The translations under genes were made by a program, and so were the position numbers. The notes under the pieces were generated by a model. It had not been told where the DNA came from and ran no database searches. It saw only the letters and a program-made list of their open reading frames with translations. A DNA stretch of 63,973 nucleotides, counting the filler, from Dimorphilus gyrociliatus (lineage: Eukaryota > Animalia > Annelida), in the NCBI GenBank assembly GCA_904063045.1. It is 4 parts of 4 records of this genome, joined end to end, with 100 filler letters (N's around TTAATTAATTAA, not from the genome) between each part and the next. Parts side by side here need not be neighbours in the genome. Positions count along the whole stretch, not along the records: positions 19,093 to 48,629 come from CAJFCJ010000233.1; 3 more parts are not named here. One strand, written 5' to 3'. Shown in pieces: positions 23,994 to 37,841 of this stretch; positions within the stretch are counted from its first letter, which is position 1; each line of letters begins with the position of its first letter.

Positions 23994-25474
23994 CAGTATG
24001 CAAAAAAAAAATTCGGACAAGCAAAAAATGCTTGTAAACCCTCTATATTATTATATTAAACAGCGATGTATATATAAAATTTCTTCAAAAACTCTTTTCT
24101 AAACTAATTATATAGTTTATCTTTGCATAAAACAAGGCTTGATTCGTTAGTCAATATTTTTAAAAACTGAATGCAAAAAAAAAATTCGGACAAGATCAGA
24201 AATTCATTTTTCCTCCATTATCTTTATAAAAAATCAAGGTACAAACACCCATAATGTACCGTAAATATAATGATATCACCAGAGGTAAAATAGCAGGGCT
24301 TGTAGATCTTGGAATGACAAATAAGGAAATTATTGAAAAACTTAAAATACCTAAATCTACAGCAAGTGACATTATTAGAAGATATAAAATAACAGGTAGT
24401 TTTGGGAGAAAGCAAGGGTCTGGTCGTCCCAGTGTTTATAAAGAAGATGATATTAAAGAGATTCTCAAGATAAAAGACAAAAATAAAAAAGAATCTGCCC
24501 CGTTTATCGCCAAAAAAGTAGTAGAATCTGGAATGGTTAAATCCACGCCTCAAACAATTCGTAATGTATTAAAAAGTAGAGGATTTATTGCTTCTTCTCC
24601 CGCTAAAATACCATTATTAAGGGATCACCAAATAAAGTCGAGATATGCAATCTGTTCAAAGTGGTCATATGAACCTAATAGCTTCTGGGATGATGTGATT
24701 TTTTCAGATGAAGTCCCATTTAATTTATATAATAGTGATGGAAGGCAATATGTGTAGACAAAGAAGAGAATGAGGCCTGATCTGGATTACAGTACTAAGC
24801 AAGTTAAACATGGTGGAGGAAAAGTGATGTTGTGGGGCTGTTTTAGCAGTAAAGGAGTCGGTAGAATAGCATTAATAGAGGGGAAAATGGATAAATATAA
24901 ATATGTAGAGATATTAGCCAATAAATTGTTTGTTTCTGCCGATTCTCTAGGAATGAAGAGCTTTAAATTCCAACAGGATAATGATCCAAAGCATACTGCA
25001 GGATATACTAAAGAATATTTCAAAACTAAACAGATTCAAGTTCTTGATTAGCCCTCTAATTCACCAGACTTGAATCCTATTGAAAATTTGTGGGCAATCT
25101 TAAAGGAAAAACTACGAGGCATGAAATTTAAAAATCAAAAAGATTTATTTGATAAAGTAAAAAGTGAGTGGACAAAGATCCCTAATGAAACATGTGTTGC
25201 GCTAGTAAAATCAATGAGAAAGCGAGTTACGTCCGTTTTAAAAGCAAAAGGTGGCATAACAAAGTATTAAATAATTTGTCCGAATTTTTTTTTGCATAAG
25301 TAAATAAAAATCTAGACTAAAATAACAAATAGAGCATCTAAAAAAAAATCATATTAGAATGTAAACATTTCACTCTCATATGATAAATTATTTATAATAA
25401 AGTTAATTTGTTAAAGCCATATTTTTAGAGATTTTTAATATTTTTGCTTGTCCGAATTTTTTTTTTGCATACTG
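23994..25474 (+). mobile_element. Tc1-family DD34E transposon, IR/DR type
   Basis: TA flanks; 34-bp outer TIR CAGTATGC(A10)TTCGGACAAGC; inner direct repeats at 24171-24194 and 25276-25297. Transposase 24254-25270 (SDE, QQDND, PDLNPIE; 34 residues from D to E) has in-frame TAGs at 24755 and 25049 and no frameshift. Confidence 0.93.
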
Positions 25475-28400
25475 TAAACACGCATTAAATAACTGAAAAT
25501 AACTATAAAAGGACAACCACATAGTATACACTTTGAGATATGTTGCAGATTATAATAATATAGTTAACCTTAAATATCGGTTAAATTTTTAACTTAAAAG
25601 GCTTCGAAATGTGCAGTCTAGCAACTTTTATTTTGAAGATATTTGTAGAATTACTGCTATCTTCAAAAATGATGTTTCAACAGTCAATAATTTCTGCTAA
25701 GTACATTTTATTAGCCTTAAAAAATATAATCAATTAGAAAATAATTTAGATAAGTAAATAAATTTATGTATTAAATTAATATTAAAAAATTCCTATTAAA
25801 ATTAGTACAACAGAATGATGTACAATAATAAACTATGAGAAATTTATTTATATAAGCCGATAACAAAAACAACTTTTCATCTTAATGACTATTAAAAATA
25901 GCTGCATACTTCTTTCTGGGGAGAATTTTAACACATAAACAGATGTGTTATTTGGGAATTTAGTTTATTTTAGTTATTATTTGTCACATTTTCATGACAA
26001 TTGGGTACTTATTTATTGAATAATCTTGTTTATCTTTCAGTGATTAACTTTAAAAAAATAGCATTTTATATTCACAATTATCAGTATCGATATTCATATT
26101 TTAAGTTTGTAATCTCTTTTATATTTAATATATTATCATTTATATTTAAAAAATACGCTTATTTTGTCTGTGTTTTAAATATTTCAAGGAAAATATAGTT
26201 TTACTTTTTTGAACTTCTATTTCGTCAGATTTTACTACTTTAGACGGAGTTTCTTCTACAAATAAACATAAAATTATTAAATTATGCTATAAAATAACTT
26301 TAATTTGTGTTTATCCAATGTTTCTGGTATTTTATAATAAGCGGTATTATATATATTAATAATTATAATTTTATACTATAACAATTATTTTTTTAAACCA
26401 AATAGACAATTACAACATTCACAGGTTTTAACAAATTGTATTTAAGCAAACTATGGAAAGTAGCCAAAAGGCATAGATATTCTATAGATGAGTAAAATAT
26501 TAAAATACTTACACAGCCTTAAAAGGTATACCTGTGACTACGTGTCTAGTATATAACTTCCCTTTTAACTGTATTATTAGCATTGTTTAAACGCTTTTAT
26601 AATATAACTATTCTTAATTATATCACTTTATTTCCACATATGAAAATAAATCCCCAAGATTGTATTTATAAAGCCCCCTATATTTTTCACTTTTAATTCC
26701 ATATTTAGGTATATTTAAAATGTTTTAAATATGTTTTTTACACGCTTCCTCAGTAATTATATAATAAATTAAAAGAACTTTACTTTTAAGGACTAGGAAT
26801 CTTGAAATAAGATTTCCTTAATCAATACTTCAAATAACTTTTGTTTTTCGGGGGGCTCTTAAAAATAAATATCAAAAAAACAAGCAGATAAATTTATTTA
26901 AAACAAAGTTTTGTTAATTTCCATTAGCGCACCTCCTTCATGAACGATGACTCTTTTTTCAGAAATTTATAGTCTTATAGTATGTTATTTAATTTTCTTA
27001 TGTTATTTCTTCTTGTTTTTAAGTAATTTTTTAACCACTTCCATTAGTTTTCTATATTTTTGTGCGAACTATTGGTATAATTTTATCTTAAAACGCATCT
27101 TTACGTTTTATAGATAAATTTTGATATTCATATAACCTAATATCATAGTTTTCTTTCCTACTCATATGTATTAACATTTTAGTTTTCTACAGATGATTTT
27201 TTGAAATGTATTTTTATCTTTATTTCTGCAATCTTAAAAAACAGCGTTATATTGCTCTACAGAGGCAACCAGCTATTCGAACATGTTCATAGCACATTCC
27301 TATATTACACTTACTAACACTATTTATATGTTTTTTAGTGCTTTACCCTGCCTCCTATTTTAGTCAAATGATCTAATCTGTTGTTGCTACGAATTAAATC
27401 AATTGGCGTTTTAAAGAATTATGAATTAACCTCTTAACCACTATTTATTCTACCTGAAAGTGTTTTAACAGGCCATTTGTATATTATAGAAATTGTTTTT
27501 TACAATACTGCTTTATCGCTTGCAACTACTGACCATTTTCGTATAAATAACTTGGATTTAGAACGTTTTTAGACTTACAGAATCAAATTAGTCCGTTAAT
27601 AACGTGATGCAATACCCAAAAAAGTCTCCTTTCCACTCTTTTTACAATACGATTTTTTTTCAAAACTTCTAAGTTACATGACCAAGAAAAAAAGTGCGCA
27701 GAAAGATCATTTTTCATATAATTATATTTTATTTAAAATTACTTAGTTTAGTTTTACGGGACTTTAAGAGGGACTTAAAAGCAATTTTTAGTAGAAAACT
27801 AAATAAAGTAAAATTATATTTTTAGTCTAATAAAAAGTATAAAATATTTATCTATATTATAACAGAATATACAATAGAAATGAAAGGCAGCTTTCCTGTA
27901 TTATAAAGTGACACAGAAAGGTTAAAATAAATCGAATTCAAGATTAAAAAGGATAAAGTTCAGAGCTACTTTTGTAGTTTTTATGAGAAAGTACTTATAT
28001 TTTATGCTACATATTAGTTATCAATTAGCCACCTATTTTTATAAAGATAACACGACTTTAACAGCAACGGGATACAAACACGAGTCTCAGACTTATAAAG
28101 AATTAATAAAGTATAAAAAATAGACTTATTGCTTACTGAAACAGATTATTTTACAAATTTAAGAAAAAATAGGCAGGTTACTAACCTAATTGTAAAACAT
28201 CACTAGATGGTAAGAATTTGATGTACAAAGTCTTTTAAATAAGGAATATAAATTATTTTACTGGTATGTATGAAAAAATGTAAAGAAACATTACAGCTCA
28301 AAACTAATTAACCAAGTGTAACTCGTCAGGATTTAGCAAAAAATGTATCAAGATAGTATTAATTAAATATTGTTAGGATAATAGATAAAAGTATTTTCTG

Positions 28401-29408
28401 TTATTATTTTTATAGAATTTAAGTATTAAAAGATATAATTAACAAATATCTGAAATAGTTATAAACCATTGATTTATTAAATTGTTTCAGAGCTTTAATT
28501 TTATTTTATAAATAAACACCTTTTGTGATGAATAAAAGAGACTTATCTTTACTTAATAAGATAGGTTTTAGAAATTTTGTTTTATTGTTTTTTTTATAGA
28601 AAATATTTTCAATTAAACAAAGTTATAAAAAAGGCTTATTTATTAATTTTTGAAATACAAATAATATTTTTTTAATTTTAATATCAAATTCTAAATTAGT
28701 AAAAAAATTAACTTTGAAAATATTTTTTTTTGATTTTTGATCTTAATATCAATTCTAATAAATAAAAAAATAACTTTTAAACAGTGAGAATTATAAAAAC
28801 TTTTTTACTTTAATATTAAGTTCGAATTAGTAAAAATTAAAAAACTAATTTTTTATATTTTTTATTTTTTACTTTAATATCAAAATTCTAAATAAATAAA
28901 TTAAATACTTTTAAAACAGTAAGAATTATATTAAATTTTTACATTTTTATATTTTTTGATTTTTGATCTTTAATATCAAATTCTAAATAAGTGAAAAAGA
29001 TGACTTTTTTGAATTACATTTTTGTTTAATTTTTAAAATTAATTAAAAATTTGAAAAATTTTGTTTCAGGTTTTATCATAAAAAGATTTTCAAAATTGAT
29101 CCTTAATGACTTTCAAAATAAAAGAATTAATAAACTTTTACGAAAAGCTTTCTGCTGAGAGTAGCAGTGCATCATTCGTCAGTGGCTCCACTGACAATGA
29201 TAATCACTGTATTAGAGAGAATGAGATGGTTGATGGTTTGTAAAGGACAATTTAAAGATCAAAATGAAGTTGCTCTATTTCAAGCTCGTTTATAAGTAAT
29301 GGTGAAGAGATCTCTTTAGAAGTTAAAGAATATTGTAAGCAAAAAGAACACAACTCTAGTTTAAATAACCTTTGTACTGCCAAAGAAGCTGATCTTCCGA
29401 ATGGATCA

Positions 29409-30542
29409 ATGCAAACCCTCCCAAAGGATTCCAAAGGTAATACAGAAAACGTCGATGATAAATCTAGTCCAATACAACTCAGTGATAACGATTCAAAAAC
29501 AAATGGTATTAAAGGTTCTAACAAAAAGTTTGATATCAATAAACACGCTTTATATAAGATCATAGAAGAGGATAACGTTACAGAGGAAAATCTAGAAAAA
29601 ACTAAATACAGGAAATTTCTTGTATCTGATATAAATGATAAAAAAATAATTAGTTACATTAGTAAGTATGACACTGAGCCATCACTATATGGCAAAAAGT
29701 GGTATTCTAATGACAAGGACATGGGCTATAAAGCCGATCAGAAGATATTGTCCAACTCATATGAGTTGAAAATACAATATCGCTTCTATACGGATGTTGT
29801 ACTGACAGAAAAGTTAGATGAGGCAAATCTTGAAAGCCCTAGTAAGGTTAACAAATACAAAGAAAAGAAAATTTTTAAATATTCACAACATATGTTAAAA
29901 AATTACTTAAACAACAATGTAAAACTCCCTCTAAAGAAGAAAGCTAAAATTGCATATGATAAGTTTATGCATGGACAGAGCTTGCAAGGTGATGACTTTT
30001 ATGCATCACCACAAATTTACGAGCTGATAAACTATATCAAAAAAAATTGCAAAGTAATTAACATGTTTCGAGTAGAAGGTGAGAGAAATGTATATGAGGC
30101 TCTTGCAAGAAGAATAGAGGATTATCCAGCAGAAAAAATAGACTTTAATAAATATGACATGTTCGATTTATGTTCTGCCTTAAAATACTACTTCAGAGAG
30201 ATTAAGGGTGGTATATTGACCAGAGAAGTAACTGAATCTTTATTCCATGCCTTTATGAATAACAAACAGGGCGATCTCAAAGAACTTTCAAAATACTTAA
30301 GAGGTTCTCTCTACGGTGAGAGAAGAAAGTTCTTAGCAGCAGTTTTTAGCTTATATAGTGAAGTAGATAAATACAAATATTACAATATGATGGGAATAGA
30401 CAACTTGTTGATATGTTCTTTCCCTAGTTTTTTTGCTGATGTCCCAATTATACCAAGGAAAATTGAAATAATTACAGTTATGAGAATACTCGTGGAGAGT
30501 TTAATAGTGGAGCTGGAAGCAGAATACCCAGTCTCATTATAA
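29409..30542 (+). CDS. RhoGAP-domain protein (true start possibly 29106)
   Basis: MFRVEG arginine finger, ALKYYFRE, NMMGIDNL..SFPSF at the C-terminus; low-complexity N-terminus. Confidence 0.85.
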   Translation: MQTLPKDSKGNTENVDDKSSPIQLSDNDSKTNGIKGSNKKFDINKHALYKIIEEDNVTEENLEKTKYRKFLVSDINDKKIISYISKYDTEPSLYGKKWYSNDKDMGYKADQKILSNSYELKIQYRFYTDVVLTEKLDEANLESPSKVNKYKEKKIFKYSQHMLKNYLNNNVKLPLKKKAKIAYDKFMHGQSLQGDDFYASPQIYELINYIKKNCKVINMFRVEGERNVYEALARRIEDYPAEKIDFNKYDMFDLCSALKYYFREIKGGILTREVTESLFHAFMNNKQGDLKELSKYLRGSLYGERRKFLAAVFSLYSEVDKYKYYNMMGIDNLLICSFPSFFADVPIIPRKIEIITVMRILVESLIVELEAEYPVSL

Positions 30543-32539
30543 AAGAAACAGAAGAATTTTTCGACAGAGAAGATGTCACTAATAATAGAGTAAAGCCTGG
30601 GTACTTAAAATACATATGTTATAATTAAATAGATTGTACTAAAATATTTTTATAATTAATTATTACCCTTCATTAAATTATTAAATCAATGTGACATATT
30701 TAAATATAAATTAACCCCATGTTTTATAAAGATAACATTATAAAAATTACTATAAAACTATATTGAATTATTTTAAAATTCTTAAAACTATACAAAAGAT
30801 TAAAAAAATCATATACATATTATTATATCATAAAATAGAATAAAAGGATACTAAAAAAAATAGATGAACGTTTCTTTGTTTCGATCAAAAAAGAAAGGCT
30901 AAACAAAGTTGAAGTAAATTAAGATATAGGCACAGCACCAACTCGCTATGTGGCGAGTTGGTAGGATACGGAGAAAGATTTAGGACTAAGTTTAATTTTG
31001 AAGTAGCCAATCAACAGTATTTTCCAATGCAATCGACAAACCATTAATACCAGAAATTTCATAATTTAAAATTAATTATTGTAATTTATATTCTTCTTTA
31101 AAATTGCTATCAGGAATTTTGATGTTTCTTACAGCTAAAGTTTGGATTACTCTATATAGGCATCTTTACTTCTCTTTGCAAGTTAGTTAATGAGATCCAA
31201 CTATGTTTGGACGAGCCATTATCGACCTATGGTTTAATCCTTTATGCGAAGCTCCAATTATATTTGTATTTCAAGGTATGTTTTTTTTAGTCTATTAAAG
31301 ATGACCAAAGCTCTAGACTAGATATTGTATGAAATAGTTGACTTTCTTCAAACTTCTCAAGGAATGTTTTCACGAAATAACTAAATAAAGCTTTTGATTA
31401 TTCTATTTTTCGGATTCTAAGATTAGGTTTTTAATATCTTGAAAAGTATCGAATACATCTTCTATTAGATAAAAACAATATGTTGTGATTTTTTTGTTAT
31501 ATTTCTGATTTGAAGGTGTATTGTAGTTTTTTACATACTTCTTAATAGATTATCTAAACTTAAAACAGCATCCATGTACGTTGTGTTGTTAAACATTGTG
31601 TTTAACGAGTTTATTAACACTTTTTAAAGTACATTATAAAATTTAGTGATGTAAAATGCCAATTCTATTTCCTATATTGATACGTTTATTATAAAGTGTT
31701 CTTATTTATTTTCAAGTAAAATAAGAGATAAAGAAAAAAACTTACATATAACCTGTTCTTAGGTAGTTATAACTGCCAAAAGCCATTATGATCAGATTTG
31801 AATCTTCCCTCAATAAAAATTACTCTCAGCTTCGCTATAGTCTCTTTTTGATAACCTGATTAAAAAAATACATCTCTATTTAATTTAACATTCCGTAGTC
31901 GAATTGCAAAAATTTATCTCTCCTAAAATTATATCGAAGACTTCCAGGAAGATCGGGACTGTTTGGTTTTAAGCCGCTAAATTTACTGTTATTTATTTTA
32001 GCCACATAAATTTTTAGAGAGGGTTCTATAGGTATTGCAGGGATTATTTATAGTTTTACAGTAGAGATGACAACTATGACTATATCAGAGGTTCTTGTAT
32101 TGGTAGGTAAGTAGCTTTTCTCCATTTTCTGCATCTTTAAACGAACTTCTATTTTTTTTAGTCTGAATCGTAACTACGAACAACTGTGATAACAAACACA
32201 CCACTTTCTAATCGATAATTTTTTCCATAGATTAAGTTCGATAAGTCATAAGTATAACCATTTAGGACAGTAATCGGGCCTCGCCGATTTGGATCAAATA
32301 TAATACATGAAATTTAACGGTTAAGTTTTTCTTCTTATCCTAGTAACTCGCTAAATGGCAAGTTCTTGCTATGCCAATTTAATCGTCAATATAGTTTCTA
32401 TTGATATTATACACCCTTAAAGTGCTCTTCTTGAAGCTAATATAGTATTTTTTGTACTTCTAAATCTAGTTCATTTCGCATATTCGGTTTTAAAGGAGTT
32501 CTTCTTAATATATCCTAAACATTCCAATTTCTTCTTCAT

Positions 32540-33300
32540 GGAAGCCCAAATATGTTTAATAAGATTTAAATATGAGGCTAAAACCTGCTATTTCATTGTT
32601 TTCTTTTAAATTATGAATATATTGTCTTTAGTTTATGACAGTAAACATTAATATGTTGTAAAATAAAGCTTGTTATCCTATTTTATTAGCTTAATCTTTT
32701 GAATTTTGATATAATAGTTGTTTACCTATTGCTGTATTCATAGTTTCATCAAAAAAAACTAAGGGGCCTACATCTTTTTATGATATATAGCCGATACTAT
32801 AATAGAAGTTTCTTTATATCTAATGTGCTTGGGATTTAACCTTTGACCTCTAAACAAAATTTCAACTATTTGGGAGGTAGAGGTTAAATCTACATTCATC
32901 TAAGAATATTAACTTGATAGATCATCTTTAATACAATCCAGAAAATGTTTCACAAGGCTTTTTTCTAATTTGGCTGACTTTATCCCATACTAGATAAAAA
33001 TCTTAGATTGATATATTTACTTATCCGAATCTTTAAATCAATAGCGAGCTAAGTCTTCGGTTAAATGAAAGAATTATTCTTCCCCAGTAATATGTACTGA
33101 CATCAGTACTTGAAATTTTTTGCGAGCAAAACCACATCTTCTTGTGACAAATTTATATTAATTTCACTTCTTTTTTATCTTTTGTACTGTTTCTTTTAAT
33201 AGTTATACTTTAGTGAAACTGCACTTATGCTTAGTTAATGAGTAAATCTTGAATAATGAGTGGTATCGTTTCTTTACTAAGCCGTTTGAATATTTAAGGA
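32540..33300 (-). mobile_element. Heavily decayed Tc1-like transposase
   Basis: Minus-strand remnants DECRFNL, RGQRLNPKHIK and LNLIKHIWASMKKKL in the expected order. Limits are approximate. Confidence 0.55.
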
Positions 33301-33960
33301 CCTCAAAAAAATTAGGTTTAGAGCTACTGGAAGGAATTACATGGTAATACTTTTTTGTAGCACTTATTTAAAGATCCTATGATTGATAAATTTAAAAGTG
33401 TTCTAAATTAAATTTTAAACGTTTTTTAAGATTGGGTTTACTTTAATAAAATTTCCTTAAGTATATACTTATAACTCAGGACCTTTAATCTTGTTTATTT
33501 TTATTCTTTTAGGGTGCTATTTTTTTTAATCCCCAGTATATTATTTTATGTGAAAATAACATATATTGAATGACTCTTTAAATTTTTATTTGGTTTTTCG
33601 CAAAAATTTAATAGAAATTATAACTTTTGTGTATAAGGAAACTTTAGACAGTAAAATTAAAATTTTAAATAATTTTTCCAAAATTTAGATTTTTTAGTTT
33701 TTTAGTGTTTTAATAGAATAAATTAATTTGATAGTACTAAACTTCAAACATGTCATAAAAAGAGGATCAAGTATAAGCATTTTTAATTTTACACATCCTA
33801 TGATTATTTTGATTAACAAAGATTTCAAAAAGTAGTCTGGAATGTTTTATTTTCTATTTTTTGTACTATTTCAGCTTTTTTTATCAACCAAAGAATCTAT
33901 TAATAAGAAAGACTTAATAACTGATTGGAATAAAGAAGTTTATATTTATTTGAGTCTATA

Positions 33961-34355
33961 ATGAATATTGAAACATTAGAAAGCTTAAATTTGAAAAGTC
34001 GCAATGTATTAAAAAATTCTTTATTTTACTAAAAAGATAAAAAACCTAAAACATTTAGATATTTCTCAATAAGAGAAATAGATGATAAAACTTTAGATGT
34101 AATTTTTGATATGAAACATTTAGAGGAATTAAATTTGTCTTTTTGTGACATAAAGGAATTATATTTACGAAATATTGGGAATTTAAAAAGTTTAAAAAAG
34201 TTGTACTTATCTGGGTATAAATACATAAGCAAGTATTTATTGTAGAAATATCCAAATTAGAATGGCTAGAGGAGTTAAACTTAAACTGTTCTAATGTAGT
34301 AGAAGGTTTCTTACGCTATTTTTTTCGTCTCAAAAATTTGAAAGTATTAATTTAA
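33961..34355 (+). pseudogene. Frameshifted LRR gene (short-repeat type, unlike the S1 LRRs)
   Basis: KNLKHLDIS..MKHLEELNLSFCDIKELYLRNIGNLKSLKKLYLSG..LEWLEELNLNCS..KNLKVL across stops and frameshifts; lies next to the N gap. Confidence 0.65.
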
Positions 34356-34395
34356 AGTATGCCTTACAAATCACAAATCATACGAAACAAAGTAA

Positions 34396-34906
34396 NNNNN
34401 NNNNNNNNNNNNNNNNNNNNNNNNNNNNNNNNNNNNNNNNNNNNNNNNNNNNNNNNNNNNNNNNNNNNNNNNNNNNNNNNNNNNNNNNNNNNNNNNNNNN
34501 NNNNNNNNNNNNNNNNNNNNNNNNNNNNNNNNNNNNNNNNNNNNNNNNNNNNNNNNNNNNNNNNNNNNNNNNNNNNNNNNNNNNNNNNNNNNNNNNNNNN
34601 NNNNNNNNNNNNNNNNNNNNNNNNNNNNNNNNNNNNNNNNNNNNNNNNNNNNNNNNNNNNNNNNNNNNNNNNNNNNNNNNNNNNNNNNNNNNNNNNNNNN
34701 NNNNNNNNNNNNNNNNNNNNNNNNNNNNNNNNNNNNNNNNNNNNNNNNNNNNNNNNNNNNNNNNNNNNNNNNNNNNNNNNNNNNNNNNNNNNNNNNNNNN
34801 NNNNNNNNNNNNNNNNNNNNNNNNNNNNNNNNNNNNNNNNNNNNNNNNNNNNNNNNNNNNNNNNNNNNNNNNNNNNNNNNNNNNNNNNNNNNNNNNNNNN
34901 NNNNNN
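34396..34906. other. Sized scaffold gap (511 N)
   Basis: Run of N without the TTAATTAATTAA linker. Confidence 0.95.
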
Positions 34907-36855
34907 TCTTTTAATATATATTTATTTTATAAAGTTACTTATTTATTGAAAAAGTGGCTTTGTTAATCGATGACTTTTTTTGGTGAAATAATGTCTACTA
35001 CAATAAATAAGTATATAAAAAAACTACAATAGATAAATTAAACTTGTTTTTATTATTAATAGTGTAGTGATAATGAGCTGTTTGATTAATATAAGTTTAC
35101 ATACCAAGTTGCATAGTATAGGTATTGTATGATTTAGAAGAAATGAAAACTGTTTTTTAAAATTTTAAATTATATTACTATAAGGGATAGTTGGGTTTCA
35201 GCCCTTTTCAATATATGGTTTGCTATCATGTAATTATCTCCATCTGTTTCAGATTTTCGGTCTATTATAAAGCCTTTTTCAGAAAATAGCACTATTTATT
35301 CTAAGAATGTTAATATTTAAAATGATAAACATTTGAATTTCTATACTTTCATATTATACGATTTTAAAACAATTGTTTTTACAGAACGTCCCCTTTAATA
35401 TTATTCTATAACATCTTTAAAAATAGTTTTAAGTAGAGTTTATGTCTAAAGAGGTATAATTTGTGTTATAATAAATCATAAGTTCATTTGCCACCATACT
35501 CAAATATTCGTAAAACAAAGGAGTAACCACCTTTTCTGAAAACTTAGTATAGCGATCATAAATACTTCTTTCATTATTTTATCATTATGCTTATATTTAA
35601 AGTAAGGTTCAGCTATATATAGCTATAAATTATTTAATGGACCTAAATATCTACTAATTCTTTATTGTACATTATCAATGTTTCGACTGTGAATTTTTCT
35701 TGTTGGGACCACAGATTATTTAAGATGATTAACAATTTCATGGCAGTAAGAGTTTTTACTACAAAAAATGCATAAATAAAAGTCACACATCTTCTAAGGC
35801 AATAGAATGGATAGAGGACCGCTATTTGTATTGAGGTCTTCTCAATAATCCAGTTTAAGTAAAAACTCTGAATACTTCGCCGTTTTTCACCTCAGAACGA
35901 CTTTATTCCGTATATCTCTCTTAAAATTACTTGATCCATAAGACTAAGGTTTTATATGTCTCTGTCTCTCTATATATACCTAGTTGTTAAGATTTTATGT
36001 CAAAACTGCTCTTTATTCAATTTCATAAAATTTATATACTAAATGGTCATTTTAATTTTATAAAAACATTTTTCATTTAGTCTTATAGAACAAGTATCGC
36101 CCTTTATATTTACATTCATCTTTTCTAAAAAGTAAAACAACATAGGTAACTGCAAATTAAACAAAAACAATTTAATATCGTCATCATAAAAAAAGTGAAT
36201 TTCCTATCCTATTTTACTTTTAAAAAAAATATTATTGAAAACAACAAGGCTGTATTAATAATAATCGATCATTTTATATATACTGCTTTTTAAAAAATTT
36301 TGAATCTTGTAATTGAACAGCTAATAATAAAAAAGGGTTCATAAAATTATCACTAAGCACACTTATTTTAAAATAGTGATCTCATATACTAATTCGATTA
36401 ATATAAGAACTGTACGTCCAAAACTATATCTATTTGAGCTTTTTTTGGGACTCAAGACCAGAAAAATAAAAAAAAAATATATTTTAGTTTCTTAAAATTC
36501 GTGTATTTCACAATGTTACTACAAATTCTTATTAAAAAAAACCTAAACTTATATCTGTCAAAAGTTTAAAAGTGGTTTTATTAACATCTCCATAAAATGC
36601 AAAAAACATTGTTATTATTTCTGTTCATATGCCAGGTCAATTAGAAAATAAGGCTTTTTGGCATTTAATATTTCAATAAAACACTTTTTATTCATAAAAT
36701 TGATTTTTATTGTACTAAAAATTCATGACGAACATTTCTTATGTACATAAGAAATTCTCTTGAAAATCTATTATCACATTTTTTAATGTGAATGAAAAAT
36801 TAAAAATTAACTTTTTATGAAAACTCTTTTTAGTTTTTTAGTCATATTAAGTTTT

Positions 36856-37841
36856 GGTAAAATTTGCTTTGGGGACCCCCTTAAAATGTAGTATAAAATT
36901 AAACCAGCTCCATTTTTAAACAATTTTTTTTATTTCAAGAACTTTCATCGAGTTAATAATTTCTGAAAAAGGATTTTCTTTTTTTATAAATAAATAATCA
37001 TTGATATGATCTTTAAGATTGCATTTTATATTACTTCCTCGAGATTGAAGGTACTTTTTCTGCCATTTCCATTGGTTTTCAATATTCTGAGTGTGGACTT
37101 CCTTCATTTCTTTAGAAAGAAATTCAGTTTTATGCTCTACTGTAAAGTGGGCATAGTTATGTGCTTTTACGTTACAATAGCTTTTCCACTCATCTGTTAT
37201 GATTACCGAATATTCTTTAACATTATCTAAAATGATTTTATCGAGTGATGCACTATCTTTTTTTTTGGTTATTTCGAAAAAACACTCTTTCGTTATTCTA
37301 CATATCCCTCCAACAGCCCACACCTGTTCTAATTCTCTTCCTATATTGTATTTACGCTTGCTTAGTGCACTTTCATCTATTTCAACCACCTTTCCATCAC
37401 CTCCGATCAGGTTGCTATTTTTTTTATTATAGGATCGTCTCATCAAACCTAAAACTATGCTGAATAACTTATAATTGATGTTGTATTCTCCTTTAATTCT
37501 ATCATAGTTGGTTTTAGCGCACCATTCATAAATCATAAAAATAATTTTTTCAAGCGGGCCTTGATTCCAGCGAAAACAGCCCATGTACGAACTGATAATT
37601 TACTTTTATTACACTTCTTAGACTTACAAGACCAAATATAACCATCCCCTCTATGATGATTAATTAAAATCATGCTTGTTTTACATGTTTTACATTTATG
37701 ACTTTTTTTCAGTATATTTAAATCCATCAACCATGACAAGAAACTTTCACGACAGATTGTTTTCTCATAAAGTTCTCTGCGTGTTAAAATCATTAGCATT
37801 CAATATAATTTAATTTTAAGGGGCCCAAAGCAAATTTTACC
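36856..37841 (-). mobile_element. Merlin transposon, second family, one frameshift
   Basis: TIR GGTAAAATTTGCTTTGGG..CCCCTTAAAAT and 8-bp TSD TAAGTTTT. ORFs 37799-37533 and 37584-36916 carry VEIDES, ITDEW and TQNIENQW. Confidence 0.9.

Noticed and set aside
26200-27700. Further decayed Tc1-like fragments
   Set aside because: Scattered weak motifs (KWSVVASD, VHEGG) without definable ends.
31700-32330. Integrase C-terminal-like fragment (RGPITVLNGYTYDL)
   Set aside because: One short motif with no core domain nearby.
34359-34949. 196-aa ORF and other X-containing ORFs
   Set aside because: Artefacts of translating N runs.
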